Source: Octopus vulgaris (lineage: Eukaryota). From it: DNA of 64,000 nucleotides. This document shows, piece after piece, positions 49,180-63,200 of this stretch. The stretch is from positions 48,360,001-48,424,000 of the forward strand of contig OX597836.1 of the NCBI GenBank assembly GCA_951406725.2, written 5' to 3'. The first letter of the stretch is position 1, and the number at the start of each line of letters is the position of its first letter. The position numbers and the translations under genes were made by a program. Below the pieces are notes generated by a model. That model was not told where the DNA came from. It saw nothing but the letters and a program-made list of their open reading frames with translations, and did not search any database.

Positions 49180-49870
49180 ATGTCGCATGTGCGTGGAACA
49201 CTCAATGCTTTCAGAAATCAGTTTCACTTCGGTTGGTGGTGGTCTTCTCAATAACCCCGTATCACCAGCCATATCCGATGGGAGGCCCAACATCTTGAGA
49301 TCAGCCCTATATCCTTTCATCCAGTGTCTTCCACAGATGTCTTTCACTTTAAGCAATCAGAACTTCTTTATACAGCTGTCTTCATTCATACTCATCACAT
49401 GACCAAACCCACAGTCTTCTCTCTTGCATCCTGCATCCAATTGCTCTTATGCCCAATTCTTCTCTCACCACATCTGCACTTTGTCGTACATGCACACTGA
49501 TGTTGCACATCCATCGGAGCATATTAACTTCATTTCTCTAGTCTACATGTGTCTTCTGCGTTCAGAGCCCATATCTCACCATCATGGAGTATAGCCATTT
49601 GTACACAAGCATCATACAATCTACTTTTCACTCAGACTCCTTTTGTTGCCAACAGAGGTAATAGCTCTGAGTTTCCTCCATCCTTTTCTTATTCGAGCAA
49701 CAATACTTTTAGAACATCCTCCACCACCACTAATCTCATCACCCGGGTAACAGAAACTACCTACAGCCTCAAGAGAGCCACCTGGGCTTTTGAAAGAGTC
49801 CAATTCCCATGTGTCCTCAGTGCTTATCGTTCCTGTGCATCTGCCTCATGCAAAGATCTTCTCTGTTAAC
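49180..49870 (-). mobile_element. Degraded RTE LINE fragment
   Basis: LEAVGSFCYPGDEISGGGGCSKSIVARIRKGWRK; same family as 45600-46470. Confidence 0.8.
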
Positions 49871-50297
49871 CTGTGATTCCACTGAGAAATCACTGACTTG
49901 TCTTGATCCATGCTTCTAAAACAAAACCAGTTGGAATCCACCTCTTTCATAACATTAGGAGTGCCAAGCCAATAACGGTAAGTTCTACTCTATGTTACCT
50001 CTTAGCAGACGAGTGGGCTGAGCTATTTGAGGTTTGAATACCAACTTCAGCTGGTCATTCTGTGCCCTATCAGCATTCACACAAACAAAACAGAAAAAAA
50101 AAGGAAAGAAAGGGAGAGACGAGTAACAGCCAGGAACAAAGTGTTTTTTAGGGTTTATAGAATCAGCCAAACAATAGAAATCCATTGAAGAAACCACATT
50201 TTATAATTATATAAATAGATTTTTTTTATTTCAATAGAAAGTTAAAATTCTGTACAAAGATGAGAAAAAAAAAAAGATTTAATAAACAGCATTTTTT

Positions 50298-50362
50298 TTA
50301 GTAAAACCAATTTGCTTTTTCTTTCATCATTTGTGTATCAACAGATTCATGAGTCAATTTGG
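50298..50362 (-). CDS. EIF2B3: EIF2B3 last coding exon
   Basis: Strong acceptor tttcctttcttttcag; (T)KLTHESVDTQMMKEKANWFY* resembles the K..NE.V....LM C-terminal pattern; AATAAA (minus strand) at 50225-50230. Confidence 0.8.
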
Positions 50363-51118
50363 CTGAAAAGAAAGGAAATATAAAAAGATCTGTTAAAATC
50401 TTGGATGGAAGTAAATAAGAAAATATCAGCTGGAAAAAAGGTGACAGAGTTTAAGGATTTAATATTTATTCATAGCTCAGTGAGAAGATGGAAGGCAATA
50501 ACTAGACCTCTTTTGTAGGGACTGAGTGTGGGGAAGGAATCCTGGCTTTGCAGGAAACTGAATATAGGCCAGACACTTGGAACAAATACATCGACAGAAT
50601 GAACTTTGCTTAAAAGAAAAAAAGCAGCTAAGGCCCAAGATGTGTTGTTAAAGCAGCTGATGGATTAAATCTGAGGTCGAGAAACTCTGGAGTTTCTATG
50701 TTTTTTGTTTGTTTATTAGTTTCAGTTTGAAAGCTGCAGCCATACTGGGGCACCACTTATTTGCAACATTTAAAGAAAAAAAATCTAATATCAGAGCTAG
50801 AGTTGACCAGTCCTCAATTTCACACCTAAACTGGTCATCAGAGCTAGCTGCATCAATGGCCAACCAAGGCACCAAACATTGAACGGGTCCATTAACACTA
50901 AGTAACCAGCTACAGCTTAGTTCCTCAGGCAATGAGAAGGATTTTAATGGGCACTGTGTTGGTTTGCTGAGCTGAGTTCAAATCTTAGAAGGCCCTAACT
51001 GTCACCCACCACCACCACCAGTTGCAGGATCTGATTAGAAAAGAAAAACCAAAATAAACAATGCTTTTATAGACATTTATTCTATGTGATGCCAGAATGG
51101 AAGATGTGGCATTAAATG

Positions 51119-51192
<74 letters not shown>

Positions 51193-51193
51193 A

Positions 51194-51224
<31 letters not shown>

Positions 51225-51237
51225 CAGAGAGAGAGAC

Positions 51238-51292
<55 letters not shown>

Positions 51293-54200
51293 TGACTTAC
51301 TGTTAGCTTCTATTTTCTCTTGGCTGCCAACAATTGAATCCTTCAGATCACAATTCTCGCCAATGTATACACTGTCACATATTATACACCCATCAATAAT
51401 ACTCCTGCAATAAATACATCAAACATGAAACAAATCCAAACATAAACATACACACACAAGTAACAGTGAAGCTCGTACAGAAATATGATACAATAAAGAG
51501 TATAAAGCTTGTACAAAATTTATTCTATTTAATTGGAAAATTAAATTGGAATTAAATAGTTTTAACACAGCTTTAGAGTTAGATAAAGTATAACATACAA
51601 ACTCACCAAATAACGACTATTTAGGGGAAGTGAAATGCTGGGATCATCGGGTTTTGCTGCAGTCCAATATGGAGCAACCGACGAAACCATGAACAACAGG
51701 TAAAAAGTGCTTCCACATTAGTTTAAACTGATCGTTACAGGCACAGACACACTATGGCTGCAGTTTTGGTCTGCAGGAAGAAGTTTACAAACTAAAAAAA
51801 TTATACAGTAGGAGGAGTCCTCATTAGTGTTGGTGATGAACCAATGACTGACAGGTCTTAGAAGACCAGAGTAGCATTAACTGTTTCAATGTTCAGATTA
51901 TTCTCTCAAATGTGATGTTTGTATATTTATATTGTTTTGAATTAATCCTGCATTATTTTGTAGTTTAGAGATTTCAGTGATGTGATTTTTTAGTTTTAGA
52001 ATGACATGGTAGGGCTGAGGTCAGTTTCAATATAAAACAGGTTAAATATTTTGGCCGGTTTGAATGCTAAAGGGTTAACCATATACATTGTAAGCAGTAG
52101 CAAACTCTTATGGGGTCAACTTAGTAAAGAGAGCATCTTACGAGGGACTGCAATAATTATTATCTAATCTCTCTCTCGCTATATTATATTATATGTAATA
52201 TAACTACTAATTCAGTGGTGACTCAAGTGTCTGATGTAATTGAAACTATTTAAACTGAGAGTCATTCAACAACTAGATGGCCTCGACACTAAACAACCGG
52301 GACAGTCCTGTCCTGGCCTAAATGTGATAGTTGCTTGACAAGCCTGCAGGGCTACCAGATCTTGCTGAAAATAAACGTTTAGAAGTTAAAAACCCTCACT
52401 ATTCATACAGTGCTTGTTCAGTCCTTTGCAGAAACATGTCCAGGACATTTGTTGTTCAATAGACTGAGGGAATTATTACCTTGAATTGAAACAAGTGATG
52501 GTTAGCATCAGAAAATTCTGCCTCAATGGAAGTTTCGTCCAACTCGTGCAAGCATGGAATAGTTATTAGTGTCACTAGCAGCAGAAATGGCTATTTCATA
52601 AACCAGAGTTTATGAACAGACAATATTTATTCTTAATAACTGTCATGTTTCTAGCAGTTGTGGTCTGTGACAGGATTCACCTGTTAATGGTTGCTGTAAG
52701 AGATATCTGTGTGTAGAAGTAATATGTCACATATTGTGGAGTGTAGGAAAGGAGATTGACAAACCAACAGCAGTCAAGGTGAGAGTTAAGAAAGCTGTCA
52801 GCTATAAATTTGTGTAAGATAAAGTCAGTCTATCGCCCCCCCACCCCCACCCAACCGCATAATTGTTAGTACCAAAGCTGCTGTTACACTTACCCTTCGC
52901 CAATTTCTGTATGATCCAAAACGACAGAATTAGTAATCTTCACTTTATCATAAATCTTGCAGTAAGCACCAATCACCGAATGCGTGATGGACACATTTTT
53001 GCCCAAAGAAACACTTCCGTCCAGCAAAGATTCATCATCGATCTGGTCAAGAGGGAAAAAAAGAGCTTTAAATAGAAAACTTTAAAATTCAACAACTTGC
53101 AAAATGAGACATTGCATAAAAAACAAAAAGCCATGGTCATAACTGGAATATTTTTGCTCACAGGTCCCTGAATTTGGGCCAAAAACAGGTCCCTGAATTT
53201 GGGCAAAAAACAGGTCCCCTGAATTTGGGCCAAAAACAGAACAAAAGATGAACAAAAATTGACCATTCCATTTCTATTCGCATAAGACCATACAGAGCCA
53301 TTGTGCAGACACAGGCTGGAAGGTGAATGACAAATGTTAAGAGTCTATTTTTTTCTTTCTTTAAGAAGTCAAGGAGGGACAGAACCCATGACTGCTGCAG
53401 ACTAGATGTGATTGATGATTAGTTTATCAATGATGGCAGACAGATGACAGAACCCTTAGTGTTGGGAGGGGGGGGGGGGTGTCCTTTGTAGTATTTTTTT
53501 TTTTTTTTCAATATATTCTGAGCTAAAATTCTGCCAGGTTCAACTTTTCCTATCATCTTTTTGTTGGGGGTCTGTTAAAATCAAGTACTTGAGTTGATGG
53601 CATCAACTATTCCCCACCACCATCCTGAAGCATCATTGTGCCTAAATCAAACCATTTTTAGTGAGTCACTGATTGCAGAAAAAGTGTGGCCAGCAGAAGG
53701 AATTTCAAGATTTGCAATCCTGAAGAGAAAGGAGATAGGAATGCAAGGGAAGGAAGGGGACGGGAAGAATGGGGGAGAATTTACATAAACTACATACCAA
53801 TACTTTTTTTCTGAAAGAAAAAAAAAAAAAAAAAAAAAAAATTCCCCTCCAGTATCCACACACACTTTATTAGGTAAAGGGTTAAGAACTAAATGCTCCC
53901 TGTTCCACACCAATCAGTGTTTGATATGTAAGGGATATATTGGGTTGGTGCATAATTATTGTGGCTTTTTTCAACAAAAACAATATTTAACAAAAACATC
54001 TTTAAATAATGGCCTGACAGTCTGCCAAGCAAATGGGAAGCAGCAATTGAAGTAGATGGTGAATATGCTCCGGAATAATCATTTAAAGATGTTTTTGTTA
54101 CATATTGTTTTTGCTGAATAAAATTTGTTGAAAAAAAAAGGCTGCAATAATTGTGCCCCAACCCAATAGTATTATCCACACAATGGCCATGAAGTTAAAA

Positions 54201-57200
54201 TTGCTGATCACAGTAAATACTGTCAAATAAATGATATTGTAGGGTACCTCCTGTTGTACCTCAAATAAGGCACCTGAAACTACTTGCCTTAGTTTGCTCA
54301 GCTGAACAAAATAGGCTTCAATCCTTACGATAAAAAATATATCTAATTATAAAATGAACAAATTAAAAATAAATAAACCATCCCATGCATGCAGGAAAAG
54401 AAATGGAAAAAGGAAAAATAACTTCAATGAAGAAGCCTTTACGTATTCCTTTCAGAAATTACAGCTAAATCTACCTCAAATCACACTAAAAAAATGAGAC
54501 GTTGCATAAAAAAACAAAAAGCCATGGTCATAACTGGAATATTTTTGCTCACAGGTCCCCTGGATTTGGGCCAAAAACAGAACAAAAGATAGAAAAAAAA
54601 AAAATGAATATAAAAAGGATTATAAGTTGCTGCTTCTACAAGACCATATCTATCCTGCCCCTTTTCAAACCTCTTGGTCTCTTGTGAGATTTTAAAAAAA
54701 GTGCCAAGATGTCTTGGGTTAATACAGTGGATATTAGTTCAATAATGCCAAGATCAAGTAATAGAAACTACTTGGAAGATGGCCACCAACTGTGGCCAGC
54801 CATCTTAAGCTGCTACAGCTGGTCTGACCAAACCAGCAGCCATTTTTCAATTGACAATCTCAGGCACAAGATTCTCAGCACCCACCTCTACGCTTATCAG
54901 GAATTTTGCAGAGAAAATAATCTCTTTCTAAAATGCCAACATGTTAGAACTGCAGTTTCTAGCAGACCTACTTCCAGGAAAAAGTAAACAGACTTTACCT
55001 TTGATGATTTGCCTGCCGTAATCTTGGATAATGTTCCAGGTGGCATCAATTCTGGGAAGTGTTTCAGGATCTGAAAAATACAGAATACAAAGAAAAATTA
55101 TTCTAGAATATTAACGAGTGTAAATCTGTTATTCATTTAGGACCCAGTATCTTAAAAACTGGATTAAAGAGAATACATAAATGGTATGGCAGTATGGTTA
55201 AGAAGTTGGCATCCCTACCAAAGGGTCTTAGGTTCAGTCCCCTTGCTTGGCACCTTGGACAAGTGTCTTCTGCTATAGCCTCAGGTCAACTAAAGCATTG
55301 CGACAGGATGATTTGGAAAATAAAGTGTGTGGTGTGGGTGTGTAGTGCGGTGGGTAGGTTATTGCGTTTGGGTGCATGGGTGTGTGTGTGTACATGTTTT
55401 TGTGTTTCCTTGACTTGGCATAGCATAATAGTTGTAAACAAGCCTCACCCTCATGGAAGTGGTGTAAGTCATTGCCAAAATATGATTTTCTTTGGAAACA
55501 GGTGAAGGTTGGTAAAAGGAAAAGCACCTGGGCATAATAACCTGTTTGACCCATGCAAGCACGACCAAGTGGATGTTGAAATAGGGATAAACAGCAGCAG
55601 TAGCATAATTACCTGTCGGTTGGCTTCAGCATAGTTTGCGAGGGTATTGGTTCGGACACAGAACCCTTTTTCTTGGATGTACACATAACAGTGTATCTCT
55701 TCATGATACGTAGGAGACACCTTATTGCTCAACGTCAGTTGATATGCTTCTGCTAGGAAACTCTTTGGAATGTAGCTGTAAATGTCTGCAAGATGATAAA
55801 CAAAAAAAAAGACTGATGAAAAAATAAACCCCACCATTTTCATTCTTGACATTTTTTTCTTTTCAAATCCAATCTCTCCTTCCCATTCTTGGCCCAAAGA
55901 CATTCAGACTTCTTCAACAGTCAAGGAATGACTATAACCCTGATCTTGTAGTTAAGTAGTCTGTCTCGCAAATCTGTAGCTTAAATATTTCCATCTACAT
56001 TAAGTTCAGATCAGTTTGGTCTGATTCTCAATTATTTTATTGGATGCATACACAGAACTAAATTGGATTTGAAACAATATTTTAAAACCAACAATGTCCT
56101 TATCTACTGTATACAGGTCCAGGAAAGAGACTTAAAAACGAGGATTGGAGAACTGACTGACCAATCAAAGTGTTATGTAGATGTAAACTTTTAAAGCAGA
56201 TTGTTTCCAGATGTTAATGAGATTATAGTTTTTTGGATTCTCAACTGAAATTCATTTAAAATTCTTTTTACCTCTTTTCTTACTCAATCCTTCGCTTGTG
56301 TCATCTTTCTTTGACTTGTTCTTAGAGAACTGCTTTTTGACAATGTAAGGGACCAGTTCTCCTTTGAGGGTTGTGATCTTCCTGCAGTAACAAAAATGGA
56401 AACAGAAGAATTACAACAACAATCAGGATCGTCTGATGAAGGTCTCAGTACAAAAAAACCATTTGCAATAATCAGGTTCTTAAGTTTGAAACCCTGTTTG
56501 GATTTCATGACAGAGTTTATACCCCATTTGCACATTTTAAGACGTGTGCCAATAAAAAAAATATAAATAATTCATTTTGCAAACATAAAACTGATGATGG
56601 GTAAGCTGTGTGTGTGTGTAAGTGTATGTGTGTATGTAAGTGTGTGAGTGCGCGTAAGTGTGTGAGTGTGTGCGTGCGCGCGTAAGCGTGTAAGTGTGCG
56701 TATGCATGTGCGTGTGCGTCCGTGCATGTGCACATTAGCAGCTTTACTCCTTGTGCACTCTGAGGTGGCATATGAAGCTAGTAGTTAAACAGTTGGTGGG
56801 GGTATGTAACAGCAGAGTTAGGTCCCAGCGGGTCTCCTTTAGTCTAATTGTTTCTGATTCTGAGGGTTGGGCTCCATAATACACAACACTGTGCCACATT
56901 GAGTGTTCATGAGCAAGATGCTCCTAAAACAAAACTTAAGTCCTTAATCCGAGTGTTTTCAGCTCAAGATAATAATGAAACTAAATTCTGATAAAATATT
57001 CAGTATACAGCAATAAACCCTTAAATATGTCTAATCCTTAATCTGGCTCAATAAAATTCTCCTGGTCATAAAATCCACATTTTATTAATAGCCTTTGTCA
57101 GGAGGAGAATAGGATTTTGTTTGCTCAAGTGTGAACAAAAGAGCTTTCCTATTTCACAGTTGAGAGATTTCCAGCTGCAGAAATAAATATACACACAAAA

Positions 57201-60200
57201 CCTTTTCTTTTATTAGAATCCCTGATTTATAAAGACCATCCCAATTCAGTATAGACAAACCATCAGCAACAGAAAGTCAACCACAGAGAAATAAAGGGAA
57301 AAGAATGAGAAAAATGTGAAAACAGGGAAGTTGGTGGGGACGTTTGTTAAACCCTAATTCTGTTACAAGTTACAGTTCAATTAACAATTAGGTTTGTCAT
57401 CTCTTTATTTGTTTGTTTTATGGCCACCTCCTGCCATTATTCCACATGAGCAAAACACACCCTTTCCTCTGTCCTTGCTCTACCAAAAGTTCAAATCAAA
57501 CATTATAATCAACCCAACACCCTCAAATAAGAAATTTACAAATTCTGAAATGGAAGGGGGGGGGGGGAGAAAGAGAGATGATCAATATACAATTTGATCT
57601 TTACAGTTTTGCCAGTGACGACAATGAAGTGCCTAGGTTTAAAAGGGGTTATTTTAAAACCTCCAGTTTAGAACAGTACAGTCAGAGAATGACCACCACA
57701 ACTTCACTGCAAACCAAACAAAGTATAATGCAGTGAGAGCCTTGTGGCTTACCTCTGGGTGTTTTATCAGTCACCTGTAATTACCACAAAATCTACTCCA
57801 ACAACAATTGGAATTGAATTAAGAGTTGGCAACAGAACAAACAGTTGTGGTTCCTTTAATACTCACGGTCTATCGAGAAGGAATTCAAAAATCCATTTCT
57901 TCATAATATACAAATGGCAGTCAGTCATGTCGGTCCGCAACGATATAAATGGACACCTGGAAAAGGAAGAGTAAAAACAAAAAGAACCAGACTTCTGGAA
58001 AGTGTTTTTTTCTTTGGGAGGAAAATACAGTCCATCCAAAATTAGATGCTTAGCTCTAGGTTAAACCTGGTCAAATGGACCTATGGTTAAAAGGTGCCCA
58101 TGCTGTGACCACCCAGGAACTATATAGACAAATAAGCTGCAGAAGTGATATGGAGATTTGGTTGCTTTTTCTAGCAAGTTGATTGACCATAAAGAAGTGC
58201 CTTCAGCATTTGTCAAACATCTTGTAGCAGACGGCTGGACACTTGGCATTTCACAGGGATGAACTGCAGTAGTAAGCAGAAACCGAGTGTCTTAGCTAGT
58301 CACAACTCCTCTCACTACAACCATATCAGAAGAGGATACAGGGAGGATGTGGTCCGAAAACCCGCTAAAAACTGCAGCCATCAAATTGCACTAAATAATA
58401 TTCTGTGATCTTAAAAGGAAACAGTGTATAACGAGTTTTCAATATATATTCTGTCCAGGGTGGAAAAAAAAAAAAATAAAAGGGTGGGGATGGCTATGGT
58501 TGAATTATTTTTCATAAATCCGATTAGAGATAACCTGGAATAAGGTTCATATTTTAAATAAAAAACAGATTCAAAAAGTAGGAGGTTAAAAAAAAAAATC
58601 TTGATATGATGTTCTAACATTAAAACCCCATTTAAAAAACTGCTGGGAGCTTAACCTTGATGTAAATCATTCCACATTAGGGCCAAACTTGGAATGTCTA
58701 TTTCTACAAAATCAAGTTAGAGCATCGTTATCCACTCGGTTAACGACATGAACAATATAGGAGAAAAAATTAATTACAAGCTTCATGTTGTGCACTTAAA
58801 CTGCACCAACAGCTGGCAAAAACCAGTTCCAATCAATATTTATCTTACAGATGAATGGTTACTGGTTGGAAGAGATGCCAGTTATTAAAAACCATTCCGA
58901 TAAAAACTATTTCACCCATGCTAAACCCTTCAAGGTGGAGCCCCAGCATGGCCACAGTCTAATGGCTGAAACTCAAAATTAAAATGCCTAGAACTTACTG
59001 TGTCAGGAAGGAGTGACTAAATGTTATAAAGTCACCCTGGTCGGCTTCATTGCTGTGGAAGACCAGTCGCTGCAACTCTTTATTCAGACCAATCACATCT
59101 CCTTCTGCACACGGGAGTAGAGAGAAAATAGGGAAGATGGAATTAGGAAAATTTATTTGGTTTTTCTTCAAAATGTCAGATTTACAGAAAGAAAGAATTT
59201 TTAAGAAGATCCTTAGACAGAAGTCAATGACAGAGCCTCTGCATGGTCACATGAACGGTCAGAAATCATAGCCAAATCTCCCTTAAATAATCTGGAAATA
59301 AAGAATATTTGGATAATATTCCAGATACATTGCCTGGAAAAAATTTGGGGATCAACACTGGAATGCTACTGAACAAGAATTATCCAAAAGCTAATCTATT
59401 TTAATTAAAATGTACAATAATGAATCCAATTTTGATAGGATATTTCTGTTAATCGTTCCGAGAGAAATATTACTAGCAAACATTTAAAACTGTTTTGATA
59501 CCAATCCAACTACAATCATCATTATCATCGCTTAATGTCTGCTGGGCGAGACAGTTCGACAGGAGCCAACCAGGAAGAAGCCTGCACCAGATTTCGGCAG
59601 GATTTTTACAGCTGGATGCCCTTCCTAATACCAACCCCTCAGCAGAGTGGGCTGAATGCTTTTTATGTGGCACAAGCACAGGTGAGGTCAGTTTTGGTAA
59701 GGTTTTTGCAACTGGATGCCCTTCCAATGCCAACCTCTTTACAGTGTGGATTGGGTGCTTTTTAAGTGGCACCTGCACTGACAGGGTCACCAAATACTTG
59801 TGAGACAAAGAAAAAAGAAATCTCTTTTGAGAGGGGAGGGGACATAGGAGGAGGGGGTATTGTGTCGGATGATGAAAGGTCATAGTGAGACAGAAACAGG
59901 TGTCTTGCTGTAGAGGAGGTACAAGGTTACTCGGAGAGAGAGAGAGAGATCAGGAACGAAGACAGAAACAGGTGCACTGCCACAAAGGAAATACATAACT
60001 ACCAAACCTGAGGGAAGTGCAAGAGAGAGAGAGAGAGAGAGGGGGGGGGAGAGAGAGAGAGAGAGAGTGGGAGACAGCATTAAAGAGCTTAATGAATGAA
60101 ACCATTTTAGCAAACCCCTGCATAATCTAGAGTTTTTATAAAATTAGCTAAAGTTAGTGTATTTTAATAGAAACGTGGTTACAAAACCACTAAATACAAC

Positions 60201-63200
60201 CACTACTGCTACACTGACCTTTATGGTCAGTGCCAACTGATCACTGGCTGTAAATTACTAGTGCGGTATCTCATTTGTTTTTACCTGATGAAGCCTAATG
60301 CAAAATGAAAGAATGGTAAGCAGGGAATTCATAGACAGCAATGTGGCACAAATGTGTCTGAGATCCTGTTTTCAGCAACAAGATAGACATTCTCATTATT
60401 AGCAGCAACATAAAACCAGAAAATGTTAGTGACGAGAGAATCGTCCAAGAAATCAATTCCAATATGTGATGTTACTAGTCTTATTGATTTTTGCCAATGG
60501 TAAAAAAAGGCAAGATTTGAACTTGGAACAAAAATCTAAGACTACAAAGCATTTCATTTGAATGTTTCAGCGATTCTGCAAAAACAAAACCATCCTCATC
60601 AACTCAAAGTAGAAAAAAAGAAAAGAAAGAAAAAGACACAAAACAAACACTGACCATTTTGTTTGTCAACCTTCACTCCAGGAACTGGGGCCTCGTTAAA
60701 TGACTCTGGCAGAGGTGAAAGAAGCATCAAGAAGGAGGCATCATAGGCTTTGAAATGGTTGGTGAAATAGTGGAGAGGCAATGTGGTGATGAGGTCAGAG
60801 GAGATGATCAATAAGTCATACTGAAAAGACAACAGAAATTAAAACTGGTTTGGAAAAGAAAAAAAAGTGTGTTGGGTGAAGGGGGGGGGGTTGCTAAAAT
60901 ATTTGGGGTCTCACTGGTTGCTTTTCCTTGACCAAACGCATACAGATAACTGGCACTGTCAGTTATGATGATGAGTGTTCCAGTCGATCTGATCATTTGA
61001 AGAACTTGCTCATGAAATTAATATGCAAGTGGTTGAGTATTCCGTAGACACGTGTACCCTTACAGTAGTTCTCAGAGAGATTTGGCTCAACTCAGAATGT
61101 GACAAGGCTGGCCCTTTCCAAAACAGGTACTGTCATTTTTGATAGGTGAGGGGAGTGGAGCAATGAGAAATGTCTTGCTCATGGGTACAATACACTCTTG
61201 GGTATCAAACTGCTGACCACTTAAGCCACATATATACAGATTCAAACTGCTGACCACTCAGCCTTCATACAGATACAGAGTGGTCCTATATTCAAGGAAG
61301 TTAGGGTTAGGGTTAAGAAAATTAAAAGTTGTGAAGTGTTATGAAGTCAAAGGTGAATCAGGAGTGGTAGTGTGACAGTTTGGTCAGAAGACATTCTCCA
61401 CTGCCCAGTCGATGGCCAGATTCTAATTGCAGAGCCTTCCTCTACAGCAGTCTTCATAGTTTCAGGAAATGGATTTCTTGCTTAAAAATGGCCAAATTTT
61501 CCTAACAGTCAACCAAACCACTCACCTATTCACATCACTGGTGCTTAGAATTGATTTGAGGGAGACAAAACACGGCAGAACATTTAGTCTGGTCTCACTG
61601 TCTTGGACTTTTAGAGTGATTTCGTATAAGGACACGCATTGGTTGCAGAAAGGTAAAGTTGAAAGGTAAAACAGCCCTGACAGAAATCAAAGCTTGGAAC
61701 ACCAAACTTCAATTTTTGCATTTAAGAGAATTTTAGGAATTAACAAGAATCCTGAAAACATACATGGAAGGAATGCGATACAAATATATTTGAAATCCTA
61801 TTCTCAGTTAAAAATGTATTAAATAATGTTACTTCATCAGGAGAAATGATTTTAGGGTCCAACAAACGAAAATTAGAGTAGCCCTTTATGTTGAGGCTTT
61901 GTATTTAAAAATGACATTAAAAATATTTTCAGGATGAGAAAGAATGAAATGTGATTTACCTTCACTTTATTCCGAATTAGTCTCAAGGCATCGGCCGTTC
62001 CACTGCTGTCATCAGGAACATTGACAAAATCAAGCTTTATAATGAATTCATAAAATTCGAGTTTTCTTTTTATTTCAGATCGTTTGGATTCTTGAACAAG
62101 TACCATTGCCTCTAATTATCAATGCAAAAACAATATATCACCAATATTGAAATGTTATCAAGATATAAAAATCCCTTAAAATCAAGACATGGAACTGAGA
62201 AAAAACAGCCAGGCAACCAAATAGATTTGGATGTAACACGTTGAAATTAAATCTTTTTCAAAAGTTGAAAATTATGTTTGCTAACCAATACAACTGTTAG
62301 TTATAGGGTAGGTCACCAACAATACAAACATTTGAAAAAGAAAAAAAGTATAACAACCACATGAAGAGCTGAGAGATTTAAAATACTTTTTTGATGTAGG
62401 CCAAGATTCCTTATCTCTAGTCATCTACCCAGGTAAACTCATAGCTTGAACTTTGTTAAAAGCCACACCAGTGACAAGGTTGACTTTGAAAGGTAAGAAA
62501 TATTTCAACCATGACAAATTAAACTGACCGAGTTCCTTTGGCTATGTGGAGTATAAGACTCCAAGAAGAGCTCTTCTACCAGTCTCAATCTTTGGCACTG
62601 GAATGCAGTTGTCTCCAGGTGTAGCTACCTGCCATTGCTTAAGTTTCTGTGGAACTTCATGTTTTTGGTCTGCCACACATGTCTCTGTTGGGGTGGCCAT
62701 TGGAGGGCTTGCTTTGTAATGTTGGAAACTCGTTTCCATAGGGCATGTCCCAGGCAACCCCCATTTCCTCCTCTTGATCTGGTTTTTGGTAAGTTGCTGC
62801 TTCACCAGTTCCCACAAGACTAAGTATTTTGCCATTTTACTTGAAGGTGGTTTTTGGAGACATGGCTTTGAAATATCTGAAGTGGTGCACTTCCTAAAAT
62901 CAGTCGTCCTAGATAATTCAGGAGAGAGCCATCTTCCTAACTGATAAAACTTGAGAGCATCAAGACAAGAGGCCTTCATCAGGCTCTAAGGCCATGTTGT
63001 TGTTAATGAGAAAAAGGATGGATGAAGAAGAGGGTCGTAAATTCACAGAATAGATTAGAAGAGCAAAAACTCATTACAAACCTTGAAAACCTGCCTTCTG
63101 ACACATGTTAATAGAATACCAAATCATTGGTTTGTTTCCGACAGTCAACAGAGCTTTTGGCGTGTTGGCAGTGAGGTCATTCATTCTTGACCCGGTGCCA

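Noticed and set aside
49985-50070. ...QNDQLKLVF ORF as the EIF2B3 last exon
   Set aside because: Phase is incompatible with exon 10 and it lies beyond the AATAAA at 50225-50230.
56425-56505. CTGATGA...GAAAC, possible hammerhead or snoRNA (also CTGATGA at about 7092, 9852 and 60286)
   Set aside because: No convincing stems I-III. The copies at 56433 and 60286 are antisense to the host gene, and 9852 is within Penelope coding remnant.
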